From NCBI GenBank assembly GCA_964512145.1, contig CAZEIM010000008.1:19201-78100 (forward strand): a DNA stretch of 58,900 bases, written 5' to 3'. Positions within the stretch are counted from its first letter, which is position 1; each line of letters starts with the position of its first letter. The translations under genes were made by a program, and so were the position numbers. Below, in pieces: positions 10,348 to 19,608 of the stretch. A model generated the notes under the pieces. That model saw only the letters and a list, made by a program, of their open reading frames with translations. It was not told the origin of the DNA and searched no databases. This stretch comes from an uncultured Flavobacteriales bacterium (GTDB taxonomy: Bacteria > Bacteroidota > Bacteroidia > Flavobacteriales_G > JALEGO01).

Positions 10348-10953
10348 TTATCTGTTTTCTAATGTAGAAATGGCAAAACCGGCTAAAGTTCCTATAAAAC
10401 TACCCCATATAATTTGGTTGTTTTTTTTCCCTTTTACCGCTCTTTTATACCCCCTACGGTAGTTTTCGTCTTTAAGCCATTCTTTATTGCGTACTCCCCC
10501 TTTGCCCGTAAAAGGCATGGTAATAACGGCTGTACCAATCATAGAAACAAAGGGAACTCCCACCACTAAAAATGAACCGGCACTTACATATCCCCCTACT
10601 CCTCCTAAAAGAGTTCCTACGACAAAAGGGAATACGGTTTTATGATTGCGCGCATCTTGTCCTCCCAACATAAATAATTCCATTTCACGAACGGAATAAT
10701 CTCGACCTTTAGAGGTGTCTTGATTATAAATAATTTGCTTTTTTCCTTCTTCATATTCTACCGAAAAAACTCGATACTTATCAAATGAAATGGTTTTATT
10801 TTTTTTAGTGATAAATGTAATGGTATCGGCTCCTAAATACGAGATTTTGCCTGTAACAATACTACCATTAATTAAATACAATTTATCATTTTGAGACCAT
10901 ACATAGCTAAAAGGCAACAAAAAAAGCACCACCAACCAAGCTTGTTTTATCAT
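10348..10953 (-). CDS. Hypothetical exported or membrane protein
   Basis: 201 aa. Signal peptide ending VWS-Q, a small N-terminal domain (DKLYLINGSIVTGKI), and Gly-rich hydrophobic helices in the C-terminal half. Confidence 0.75.
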   Translation of the reverse strand: MIKQAWLVVLFLLPFSYVWSQNDKLYLINGSIVTGKISYLGADTITFITKKNKTISFDKYRVFSVEYEEGKKQIIYNQDTSKGRDYSVREMELFMLGGQDARNHKTVFPFVVGTLLGGVGGYVSAGSFLVVGVPFVSMIGTAVITMPFTGKGGVRNKEWLKDENYRRGYKRAVKGKKNNQIIWGSFIGTLAGFAISTLENR

Positions 10954-11143
10954 GTAACGTAATTTTGATTACAATAATACAGATTATTTTTGGGTGTGAT
11001 TTTTAGTTTTTAAAAAACATTATGATTGGCCGCTATTACACCTAAAACAAAAAATCATGATGCTATTTAATCTTTATACACCCCTTCACCACTATTATAG
11101 AGGGGATTTAAGGTATGATTTTTTTGTTTTTACAGATTTTAGG

Positions 11144-11161
11144 TTGAATGTGGACATTCAA
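11144..11161. promoter_or_regulatory. Palindromic candidate operator TTGAATGT-GG-ACATTCAA
   Basis: Perfect 8-bp arms with a 2-nt spacer in the divergent intergenic region upstream of the acyltransferase-gpsA operon. Confidence 0.35.
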
Positions 11162-11292
11162 TTATGTTAAAAAAAAACGGATTTAAACCAATCAAAAATA
11201 ATGTGTCAAATGAATAGGAAACTGTAAAACGAGCAATAGGAAAGGAGTGTCTACCCCAAAGGATATATTTGCAATATACCATGAAAAAACAC

Positions 11293-11300
11293 TACATTTG
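11293..11300 (+). promoter_or_regulatory. Bacteroidota -7 promoter box (TACATTTG)
   Basis: Matches TAnnTTTG and lies 18 nt upstream of ATG 11319. Confidence 0.55.
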
Positions 11301-11318
11301 CACCCCAATTATTGTTTC

Positions 11319-12956
11319 ATGGACTATACATCTTGGAGTATTGTTAAGCTAAACGAAGAAAAAGAAGCCTTTATACAACAAGTTATTAAAGAAACCATTG
11401 ATGTTATTCTTTCGGATTCCAAAAAAAACGAATCTTTGCGAGACATTTTAGAAAAAACCATTTATCAGGAGCAAACGCGTATTAAAGAAAATCCGTGGAG
11501 GGTTGATCCAATAGACGAATTAAAGTATTGGCAAAAAATTAAACAAGGACTATTAGATTCGGCATTAGAAGAAAATGTAGAGAAAAAACTACTCACAGAA
11601 AAAGAATTATTAAGAGATGTAATAGACAGATATACCCGACAGACTATGGGTAATTTTAAAATCAACGCCTATAAATTTTCCATTTTTATTGTTCCAATAT
11701 TATTTAATAGGCTGCTCAATAGTGCCACTAAAGGATGGTTTAAAGGATTCTTTAGCCGACAACACCATGTGGAAGAAAAAGTAGAGTTAAGAGGCGATAT
11801 TTCCTTAATACAAAAATTAGCTCAAGAACACACCATTGTTTTAGTACCTACGCACTTTAGCAATCTTGACTCGGTATTAATAGGATACGGTTTATATTTA
11901 ACCAAACTTCCGCCATTTTTATATGGAGCCGGTTTAAATTTATACAACAACAAAATTGTAGCGTATTTTATAGATCGTTTAGGAGCATATAAACTGGATA
12001 GACGAAAAAAAAATGTTATTTATCTAGAAACATTAAAAATGTTTTCGAGAATCTCGATGCAAAGAGACTGTCACACCTTGTTTTTTCCGGGAGGGACTCG
12101 CTCCAGATCGGGGGCTATGGAAGACACCTTAAAAAAGGGGCTTTTAAGTACTGTTATTGACGCACAAATCAACAATTTTATTCAACAAAAAAAATCCAAG
12201 ATTATAATTTTACCTATGGTAATTGGGTACCACTTTGTTTTAGAGGCTCCCAGTTTAATTAAAGAGCATCTTAAAAAAACAGGAAAAGAAAAGTTTTATT
12301 TAGAAAAAGATCAATTTTCGAGCTGGATAAAGATTTTAAATTTTGTGTGGAAATTCTTTTCTAAAGGTTCAAACATCATCTTATCGTATGGTAAACCCAT
12401 GGATGTGTTAGGAAATTATGTCAATGAGCATGGTGAAAGCATGGATAAAAATGGGAATATCATAGATATTTCCGGATATTTTGTTACAAATAACACCCTG
12501 TGTTTTTCAAAGCAGCGAGATGGAGAATACACCGAGATTTTAGCCGAAAGAATTGTGGAAGAATACAAGATACACAATATTGTTTTATCTAGCCAAGCTG
12601 TGGCTTTTTTGCTTTTTCAATTAATTCAAAAAAAACATCCTTCCCTAGATTTATTTAATTTACTAAGAATTAGTGAAGAAGACCGAAGAATTAATTATCA
12701 TGAATTTTTAGGAAAATTAGATGAATTAAGATCTAGGTTAATGGAATTGGAAAAACAAGAGAAACTAAAACTTGACCATAGTTTTTCATGGTCTATAGAT
12801 GCTTTTATGAATGAGGCGCTCCAAAATATTGGGATTTATCATAATCAAAAAGTAATTGTCATTCACTCATCCGGATACATTTCAACCGAAGACATGAACT
12901 TGTTATACTTTTACCATAATAGATTAACCGGTTATGAACTAGAAGAAACACTTTAA
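11319..12956 (+). CDS. Glycerol-3-phosphate acyltransferase, PlsB/GPAT-like
   Basis: HX4D motif (THFSNLD), FFPGGTRSRSG block, and position next to gpsA. Start moved from GTG 11247 to ATG 11319 because a promoter box lies at 11293. Confidence 0.85.
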   Translation: MDYTSWSIVKLNEEKEAFIQQVIKETIDVILSDSKKNESLRDILEKTIYQEQTRIKENPWRVDPIDELKYWQKIKQGLLDSALEENVEKKLLTEKELLRDVIDRYTRQTMGNFKINAYKFSIFIVPILFNRLLNSATKGWFKGFFSRQHHVEEKVELRGDISLIQKLAQEHTIVLVPTHFSNLDSVLIGYGLYLTKLPPFLYGAGLNLYNNKIVAYFIDRLGAYKLDRRKKNVIYLETLKMFSRISMQRDCHTLFFPGGTRSRSGAMEDTLKKGLLSTVIDAQINNFIQQKKSKIIILPMVIGYHFVLEAPSLIKEHLKKTGKEKFYLEKDQFSSWIKILNFVWKFFSKGSNIILSYGKPMDVLGNYVNEHGESMDKNGNIIDISGYFVTNNTLCFSKQRDGEYTEILAERIVEEYKIHNIVLSSQAVAFLLFQLIQKKHPSLDLFNLLRISEEDRRINYHEFLGKLDELRSRLMELEKQEKLKLDHSFSWSIDAFMNEALQNIGIYHNQKVIVIHSSGYISTEDMNLLYFYHNRLTGYELEETL

Positions 12957-12958
12957 CC

Positions 12959-14008
12959 ATGGGTAGAACGCACAACAAAAATGTAGGGGTAATAGGTGCC
13001 GGTGTATTTGGATCGGTTATCGCTAATTTACTAGCGAATAACCGAAATGTGTTTATTTTTACTCAAAGACCCGATGCCATTGAAGCCATTCGAGATAAAA
13101 AAGAGGTTAAAGGAATTATCCTAAACCCGTCTATTCAAGTAATAAGCGATCCTGAAGTATTTTCAGATACATGCCCCCTTATTTTTCCTTTGGTAAGAGC
13201 TCGTGATTTAAGAAGCAAAATTAGGCTTATTGCTCCATTTCTTAAACCAGAACACATGATAATACATGGTATAAAAGGGTTTGATTTATCTCAAATTGAT
13301 ATTGATGACATTACACTTCAAACAAAAATTGACAGGAGATATGTAAAAACAATGAGTGAAGTGATTTTAGAAGAAACTGTGGTTAAACGAGTAGGATGTT
13401 TTTCGGGACCAAATTTAGCCCGAGAAATAGCTGCCGGTCAGTTAGCCGGAACTGTTATAGCATCTAGATTTGAAGAAGTTATTAGAGAAGGTAGAAAGGC
13501 CTTAGAAAACAGAAACTTTAAAGTATTCTACAGTCAAGATATTAAAGGGGTTGAACTTACCGGAATATTAAAAAACATTATTGCTATTGCAGCGGGGGCT
13601 TTGCAAGGCTTAGGATATGGGGAAAATGCAAAAGCTATATTAATTTCCAGAGGATTGGCAGAGGTAACATGGATTGGAAAAAAACTGGGGTTTGATCCTT
13701 CTTCATTTTTAGGGGTGGCTGGTATTGGTGATTTAGTAGCTACCTGTACATCAAACTTAAGTAGAAATTTTATGGTAGGATATAAAATTGCTAAAGGGCA
13801 AGATATTGAAGAAATACTAAACGATATGGATGATGTAGCTGAGGGTGTGGGAACCGTAAAAATTATACATGGGATAAGTAATTACTATGGTTTTAAAGCT
13901 CCTATTACTCAAACATTGTTTAAAGTGTTGTTTGAAAAAACTTCTATTGAAGAAGGTATAGACTTTTTATTACATTTACCTGCCCTAAAAGATGTAGATT
14001 TTATTTGA
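12959..14008 (+). CDS. gpsA: NAD(P)H-dependent glycerol-3-phosphate dehydrogenase
   Basis: VIGAGVFG Rossmann motif, SGPNLARE, LKNIIAIAAG, GIGDLVATCTSNLSRN and VAEGV. Confidence 0.95.
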   Translation: MGRTHNKNVGVIGAGVFGSVIANLLANNRNVFIFTQRPDAIEAIRDKKEVKGIILNPSIQVISDPEVFSDTCPLIFPLVRARDLRSKIRLIAPFLKPEHMIIHGIKGFDLSQIDIDDITLQTKIDRRYVKTMSEVILEETVVKRVGCFSGPNLAREIAAGQLAGTVIASRFEEVIREGRKALENRNFKVFYSQDIKGVELTGILKNIIAIAAGALQGLGYGENAKAILISRGLAEVTWIGKKLGFDPSSFLGVAGIGDLVATCTSNLSRNFMVGYKIAKGQDIEEILNDMDDVAEGVGTVKIIHGISNYYGFKAPITQTLFKVLFEKTSIEEGIDFLLHLPALKDVDFI

Positions 14009-15152
14009 TTTTTTTCTTTTTATCAAACATTAAATCTGCTACTAAAGGTATGTGGTCTGAATACTTGTTTTGATATCGTTTAAATGAATAAATAGCAAAG
14101 TAATCGGGGTATAAAATATAGTCAATTCTAAGTAAAGGGAGTAAATCATTATACGTGTGTCCTAAAAACAACCCTTTTTCTAAAAAAGCATCATGAAGAT
14201 TTTGTTTAAGCATATGGTAAGTGTAAGAATTGGGTGGATCATTAAAATCGCCACAAATAATATAGGGGTAGGGACATGATTTAATATTATCTAATACCAA
14301 TGACAGCTGGTTCCCTCTTTTTAAATAAGCTTTTTTCATTCTATTCACTATACTTAAACCGATATCATCCCATGAAACATAATCCTTTTTTTGATTCCCT
14401 GCGCTGGCAATAAAATCAGTTTCTTCTTTACTAAACCGAATAGAGGCTAAATGCAAATTATATATACGAATTGTATCAGAATTAGGCAATAACACATCGG
14501 CATATATACATATGTTACCGGGAGCATCATTAAACAATATTTTTCCTTTTCCAACTATGGGGTACTTACTAAAGATAGCCGCTCCAAAATAATGTTGCTT
14601 TAAAACTCTATCGGTATAATAATCACACACATAAGATATATTCAATTTTTTAGTAAGTGCGTCTTTCGTATTAAAATAAAATTCCTTGGTTGTTTTAGGT
14701 TGAAAATAAAACTCTTGAAAACAATAAATATCAGCACTCATTTCTTGTAAAACATCAAACATTTTTTCTTTAGTCTTTACATTATTCGACCAATTATATA
14801 AGTCAAATAAGCGTACATTCCAATTAGCAATTCTAAGCGTATCTTTATTGGGGTAATCTTGCTGTGGCATTAAACGACCTACAGAGATTATTTTAGTTAT
14901 ACCGCCAAAAGCAATTATTGCACCTATCAATGCTGGAACCCAATACCATCTTTTTTTAAAAATCCAAAAAATAATAAGTAAAAAATTCATGATAAAAAAG
15001 AAAGGGAAAAGCAAGGAAAAAAATGGTGCTGGCCAAAAGGATTGTGGAGGTATTTTAACAAAAAAATAGCCCAAAAGCATACAAATCCATAATACTGCAT
15101 GTATAAATAAATATACCGTGTATCTTTTTTTATATTTTTTTGGAGGTTTCAA
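14001..15152 (-). CDS. Endonuclease/exonuclease/phosphatase (EEP) family membrane-anchored protein
   Basis: N-terminal TM helices followed by NWNV, CFQE, HLAS, GDFN, RIDYI and SDH motifs. Confidence 0.9.
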   Translation of the reverse strand: MKPPKKYKKRYTVYLFIHAVLWICMLLGYFFVKIPPQSFWPAPFFSLLFPFFFIMNFLLIIFWIFKKRWYWVPALIGAIIAFGGITKIISVGRLMPQQDYPNKDTLRIANWNVRLFDLYNWSNNVKTKEKMFDVLQEMSADIYCFQEFYFQPKTTKEFYFNTKDALTKKLNISYVCDYYTDRVLKQHYFGAAIFSKYPIVGKGKILFNDAPGNICIYADVLLPNSDTIRIYNLHLASIRFSKEETDFIASAGNQKKDYVSWDDIGLSIVNRMKKAYLKRGNQLSLVLDNIKSCPYPYIICGDFNDPPNSYTYHMLKQNLHDAFLEKGLFLGHTYNDLLPLLRIDYILYPDYFAIYSFKRYQNKYSDHIPLVADLMFDKKKKIK

Positions 15153-16030
15153 TCTTTGCTCGCTTTAAACAAAAAGTCTTTTTCCTCTTTACTTAAGCTT
15201 TCATATCCCGAAGTAGATATTTTATCTAAAATATCATCCAACTTTTGTTGTTTAATTTTTTCAACCTTTGTTTTCTCTGCTGTTGGATTTCGGTGAGAAA
15301 CCTTCATTTTTTTACGTTTAGGATTATATTTTATAAAATATAAAAATGTATTGAAAGGTTTAGATAAATCATAGCCTTTTCGAAGCATTTGAACAAATAA
15401 TAAACCAAACAATGCTCCACCTAAATGACATATATGCCCCCCAATGTTTTGTAATTCTGAAATGTTTAAAAAATCGAGTACTAGTTTAATTAAAGCAATG
15501 TATTTAATGGCTACCGGTCCAAAAAACAATAGGTTAAATCGATAATTAGGAACCAAAACTACTGCCGAAATCATAATGGCATACACAGCACCCGAAGCTC
15601 CAATAAGAGGCATGGGCACATTGGTAGTAAAAAGCAATAAGATAACACCCCAAGATACTAAAGCACCAAAAATACCTCCTAGTATGTATATGGGTATTAC
15701 TTTACTAGCACCTATAAACTCTTCAATAATTTTTCCGAACCAATATAAAAAAAGCATATTCCACAATAAATGAAATATACCTGATAAATCGTGTACAAAC
15801 ATGTAGCTAAGTATAGTCCATGGTTTGTATATCCATTCGTAAGATTGTAAATTAAACCCTAACCAGTAATAAATAATATTGCTGAATACCTTTTGATTAA
15901 AAGTAATGTTTACCATTAATTTTAATACTACCAATAAAACAAACAATGCTACATTTACAATAATTAGCTGAACAACAGGAGATCCATGCTTAAATTTTAA
16001 TTTAATATCTTGTATAAATCCTGAAATCAT
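15149..16030 (-). CDS. Rhomboid intramembrane serine protease with C-terminal DUF6576-like tail
   Basis: HLLWNM, GASG, HLGGALFG; tail LDDILDKISTSGYESLSKEEKDFLF. Confidence 0.92.
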   Translation of the reverse strand: MISGFIQDIKLKFKHGSPVVQLIIVNVALFVLLVVLKLMVNITFNQKVFSNIIYYWLGFNLQSYEWIYKPWTILSYMFVHDLSGIFHLLWNMLFLYWFGKIIEEFIGASKVIPIYILGGIFGALVSWGVILLLFTTNVPMPLIGASGAVYAIMISAVVLVPNYRFNLLFFGPVAIKYIALIKLVLDFLNISELQNIGGHICHLGGALFGLLFVQMLRKGYDLSKPFNTFLYFIKYNPKRKKMKVSHRNPTAEKTKVEKIKQQKLDDILDKISTSGYESLSKEEKDFLFKASKD

Positions 16031-16896
16031 ATCATGCGTTTTCTTTTATTTTTCCATATTAATAATGTAATATATCCAAAAAGCATGCCCCCTAAATGCG
16101 CAAAATGAGCTACATTATCATTGGGATTATCTGCTAATCCTGATATTAACTCTATAACACCATAGCCAATAACAAAATACTTTGCTTTAATTGGAAATGG
16201 AAAAAAAAGTAAAAATAAAGGCACATTTGGAAAAATCATACCAAATGCTAATAATAATCCAAAAAGTGATCCTGATGCTCCTACTACAACCGGTAAATTT
16301 TTATAGTATTCTGTATAATAAGCCAAAAAATCTTTTATAGTACTCATTGCCTCTACATTATTAGGATAGGTTTTTAGTGTATAGTAAGCACTTTCAAATT
16401 CTCTAAATAATGGTAATATGTTAGGATCGGCATCTTTTCTAATGATAAAACGATATCCATCATCATGTATTAATTTATCAAGCGACTCAATATTAATATT
16501 TTGAGCGCATTGTTGAATAATTTGTATAGTACTATTAATTTCAAAATAAACGATACCATAATGAATTAAGGCGGCTCCAAGTCCGGTAATTAAGTAGTAT
16601 ATTAAAAACTTTTTACCACCCCACAAATTTTCTAATGCACTTCCAAACATCCAAACGGCAAACATATTAAAAAATAAATGCGAAAAATTACCATGCATAA
16701 ACATATATGTAACAAGCTGGTACACTTTAAATTTGGATGCTCCAAAGTAATGTAAGCCTAACAAATCATCCAAATCAATTCCTATGCCTATTAAGGATAT
16801 TTTTGCTAAATATAGTAATCCATTAATGATTAATAAATTTTTAACCACTTCGGGCAATAAAGAAAAACGTCTAGGCTGAAAGGAATAAGTATTCAT
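16027..16896 (-). CDS. Rhomboid intramembrane serine protease with a large soluble insert
   Basis: YMFMHGNFSHLFFNM, VGASG and AHFAHLGG. Confidence 0.92.
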   Translation of the reverse strand: MNTYSFQPRRFSLLPEVVKNLLIINGLLYLAKISLIGIGIDLDDLLGLHYFGASKFKVYQLVTYMFMHGNFSHLFFNMFAVWMFGSALENLWGGKKFLIYYLITGLGAALIHYGIVYFEINSTIQIIQQCAQNINIESLDKLIHDDGYRFIIRKDADPNILPLFREFESAYYTLKTYPNNVEAMSTIKDFLAYYTEYYKNLPVVVGASGSLFGLLLAFGMIFPNVPLFLLFFPFPIKAKYFVIGYGVIELISGLADNPNDNVAHFAHLGGMLFGYITLLIWKNKRKRMI

Positions 16897-16899
16897 CTG

Positions 16900-18696
16900 T
16901 TAAAATAGTTTATCAATATCATCAATGGTAAATTGTAGTAGTGTTTTTTTTTGATTAGAGGGGGTAAATTCATAATTCGGTAGAGAAAAAAACTCATCCA
17001 CAAATCCTTGTATTTGATTCGAGGTATTTAATTCGGGCAAATGCATAGAGGTGCTTTTAGCTAACCACTGAACACTTTTTTGCTGTATATCTCTTTTATC
17101 AAATGTTTGATTATGTATATTTTCTAACCAATCTTGTATGCTGGAAGACACTCCTTCTTCTTTAAAATTAACGGGAATACCTCGTATAATAATGTTTTGA
17201 TTACCGAAATCTTCCATTTCAAAACCCATACTATGAAATAAGGATAAATTTTCACACAATATAATATGGTCTTTATTAGAAAATTGCAAGGTTATTGGAA
17301 ATAGTAATTGCTGCGAAAAAGATTTTTGTTTGTGTATATTTTGAAAATACCTGTTAAATAATACAACCTCCCATGCCCTGCGAATATGTATGTATAAAAT
17401 ACCCGATTTTATTTTGCAAATTAAATATTTTCCAAGGACAAAAAAAGAAGTGCTAATGGCTTCCTGTAATAATGGATTTTCAAGTTTTTGCAAATTGGTT
17501 TCTAACTGGGAAGAGTTATTTTCTTGAGCAGTATTCAATAAATGTTTCCAGTCTTGTGCTTGTAGAACTTGTTTTTGTGGTGAAGAACTTAAAAAAGGAT
17601 TATACGATGGATTTGAACTTATTTTGGGTTGTGAAAAGTATGTTTTATCTGAAATTGGTGGAGCCTGAAAGCTAAGCTCAACATCAAAATCCATAGTGTT
17701 TCCTATCCCAAATTGACCTATAGATTTTTTTACAGCCGATCGTAAAATGCTATAGATAATTTTTTCTTCTTCAAATTTTACTTCTGTTTTAGTAGGGTGA
17801 ATATTGATGTCTATTTTATCAGGGTCTAAATTTATAAAAATAAAATATCCGGGATGATACTCATCCGGAAGTACATCTTGAAAAGCCATTTTAATAGCAT
17901 GATGTAAATAATTATTTTTGATAAATCGATGGTTTACAAATAAAAATTGATCCCCTCGTGTTTTTTTACTCTCTTCTGGCTTAACAATATATCCGTAAAT
18001 AGAACATACTTCGGTGTTTTCTTCTAAAGGCATTAATGTACTTTCGTAATTTTTACCCATCACATGAATAATTCTTTTCTTTTGAGAGGAAACTGGTAAA
18101 TTATAAAGCTCAACGTCATTATGATACAAACTAAATGAAACTTCAGGATGCACTAAAGCGACTCTTTCAAACTCTTCCATACAGTGTTTTAATTCTACGG
18201 GGTTCGATTTTAAAAATTTTCTGCGAGCCGGAATATTATAAAATAAATTTTTGACGGTAATATTCGTTCCGGGTGGACAAGAAACTTCACTTTGATGTAT
18301 AACTTTGGATCCATGTATTTGGATATGATTTCCTATTTCTTGATCGTGTAAGCGTGTCAATAAATCAACATGAGCAATAGATGCAATTGAAGCCAAAGCC
18401 TCTCCCCTAAAGCCTTTTGTTTTAATTTTAAACAAATCCTCTGCTGAATTAATTTTGGATGTAGCATGCCTTTCAAAACAAACTCTAGCATCCGTAATAC
18501 TCATTCCGCATCCGTTATCAATTATTTGAATAAGATTTTTTCCGGATTCCTTTAATATAAGTTTAATTTCGGTACTTCCTGCATCTACGGAATTCTCAAT
18601 TAATTCTTTAACAACTGATGCCGGACGTTGAATAACTTCCCCAGCAGCAATTTGATTTGCAATGTGTTCGGGAAGTATACGAATAATATCAGACAT
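16900..18696 (-). CDS. mutL: DNA mismatch repair protein MutL
   Basis: NQIAAGEVIQRPASVVKELIENS, GFRGEALASI and DINIHPTKTEVKF. The C-terminal endonuclease motif is degenerate (see findings). Confidence 0.96.
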   Translation of the reverse strand: MSDIIRILPEHIANQIAAGEVIQRPASVVKELIENSVDAGSTEIKLILKESGKNLIQIIDNGCGMSITDARVCFERHATSKINSAEDLFKIKTKGFRGEALASIASIAHVDLLTRLHDQEIGNHIQIHGSKVIHQSEVSCPPGTNITVKNLFYNIPARRKFLKSNPVELKHCMEEFERVALVHPEVSFSLYHNDVELYNLPVSSQKKRIIHVMGKNYESTLMPLEENTEVCSIYGYIVKPEESKKTRGDQFLFVNHRFIKNNYLHHAIKMAFQDVLPDEYHPGYFIFINLDPDKIDINIHPTKTEVKFEEEKIIYSILRSAVKKSIGQFGIGNTMDFDVELSFQAPPISDKTYFSQPKISSNPSYNPFLSSSPQKQVLQAQDWKHLLNTAQENNSSQLETNLQKLENPLLQEAISTSFFVLGKYLICKIKSGILYIHIRRAWEVVLFNRYFQNIHKQKSFSQQLLFPITLQFSNKDHIILCENLSLFHSMGFEMEDFGNQNIIIRGIPVNFKEEGVSSSIQDWLENIHNQTFDKRDIQQKSVQWLAKSTSMHLPELNTSNQIQGFVDEFFSLPNYEFTPSNQKKTLLQFTIDDIDKLF

Positions 18697-18711
18697 CTAC
18701 AAAACTAGTTA

Positions 18712-18963
18712 TTATGCAAATTTAGAATATAATAACAGGCTTATTATAAGTAAGCACAAAATAATTATTAACCTTTGTGTTCTGTTGCGCTTTTCTGATT
18801 TTCGAATGGCTATTATATCGTGTGCCGAAGATTGATTTTGCAGTACTTCTTTTTTTCTTTCTTCCTTTTTATCTTGTTCCGGATTATAATATCGCGTTTG
18901 AAAAGAAAATTTTCGAGAAGTATGTTGTTTTCCAAAAAAGGAAGGAATTTTAGGAGCATTCAT
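18712..18963 (-). CDS. Small basic protein with a C-terminal TM helix, upstream of mutL
   Basis: RKFSFQTRYYNPE motif and a C-terminal hydrophobic helix. ATG 18963 is preferred over the overlapping start at 18999. Confidence 0.7.
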   Translation of the reverse strand: MNAPKIPSFFGKQHTSRKFSFQTRYYNPEQDKKEERKKEVLQNQSSAHDIIAIRKSEKRNRTQRLIIILCLLIISLLLYSKFA

Positions 18964-18967
18964 AATT

Positions 18968-19498
18968 TTAGATCGTAAAAATTCTTTTGGCAAATACAAA
19001 TTTATTCTTCCAATATTCCGAAGTAAAAATATTATTTATTTCTACTCCATTAGAAGATGAAGCATGGATAAAATTTCCCTCACCTAAGTATATGGCTACA
19101 TGAGTAATAAACTTAGTGGTTTTATACGTTTTAGAAAAAAAAAGTAAATCACCCGATTGTAGGTGTTTTAAAGATTCTACGTATACTCCGTATTGCGCCA
19201 TAGAATTTGCATCGTGAGGCAATTCGACTCCCCAATGACTAAAAACTTGAGTCATAAAACCCGAGCAATCAATACAAGTTTTTCCGTTACCTCCCATGCA
19301 ATGAGGCATTCCTAAATAATTTTCTGCAATACAAATTACAGAATCAATATAAGCACAGTCTACCTCTACCGATACTTTAGTAGAATCTTGTGTGTATAAT
19401 TCCTTTATATCTAATTTTCCTGTACTCCAACATAAAAATGGAGTGTAAAAAAATAAAATAATAAAAACACTATATCTTAAAAAATAAAATTTAAACAC
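18968..19498 (-). CDS. NlpC/P60 (C40) cell-wall peptidase
   Basis: IDCSGF, GDLLFF, THVAIYLG and FIHASS; N-terminal signal sequence. Confidence 0.92.
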   Translation of the reverse strand: MFKFYFLRYSVFIILFFYTPFLCWSTGKLDIKELYTQDSTKVSVEVDCAYIDSVICIAENYLGMPHCMGGNGKTCIDCSGFMTQVFSHWGVELPHDANSMAQYGVYVESLKHLQSGDLLFFSKTYKTTKFITHVAIYLGEGNFIHASSSNGVEINNIFTSEYWKNKFVFAKRIFTI

Positions 19499-19608
19499 TA
19501 CATTCTAGATTTAAGGAATAAAATTATAAAAAAGATTTTATCTATAACCTTAAATTAATTCTTCCTGTGATTTTTTTTATAACTTAGGTCGCAAAACACC
19601 CTTTTTAC

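Noticed and set aside
11247..11318. GTG start with an upstream AAGGAG Shine-Dalgarno-like sequence
   Set aside because: Promoter boxes lie inside this extension and Bacteroidota rarely use SD sites, so ATG 11319 is more plausible.
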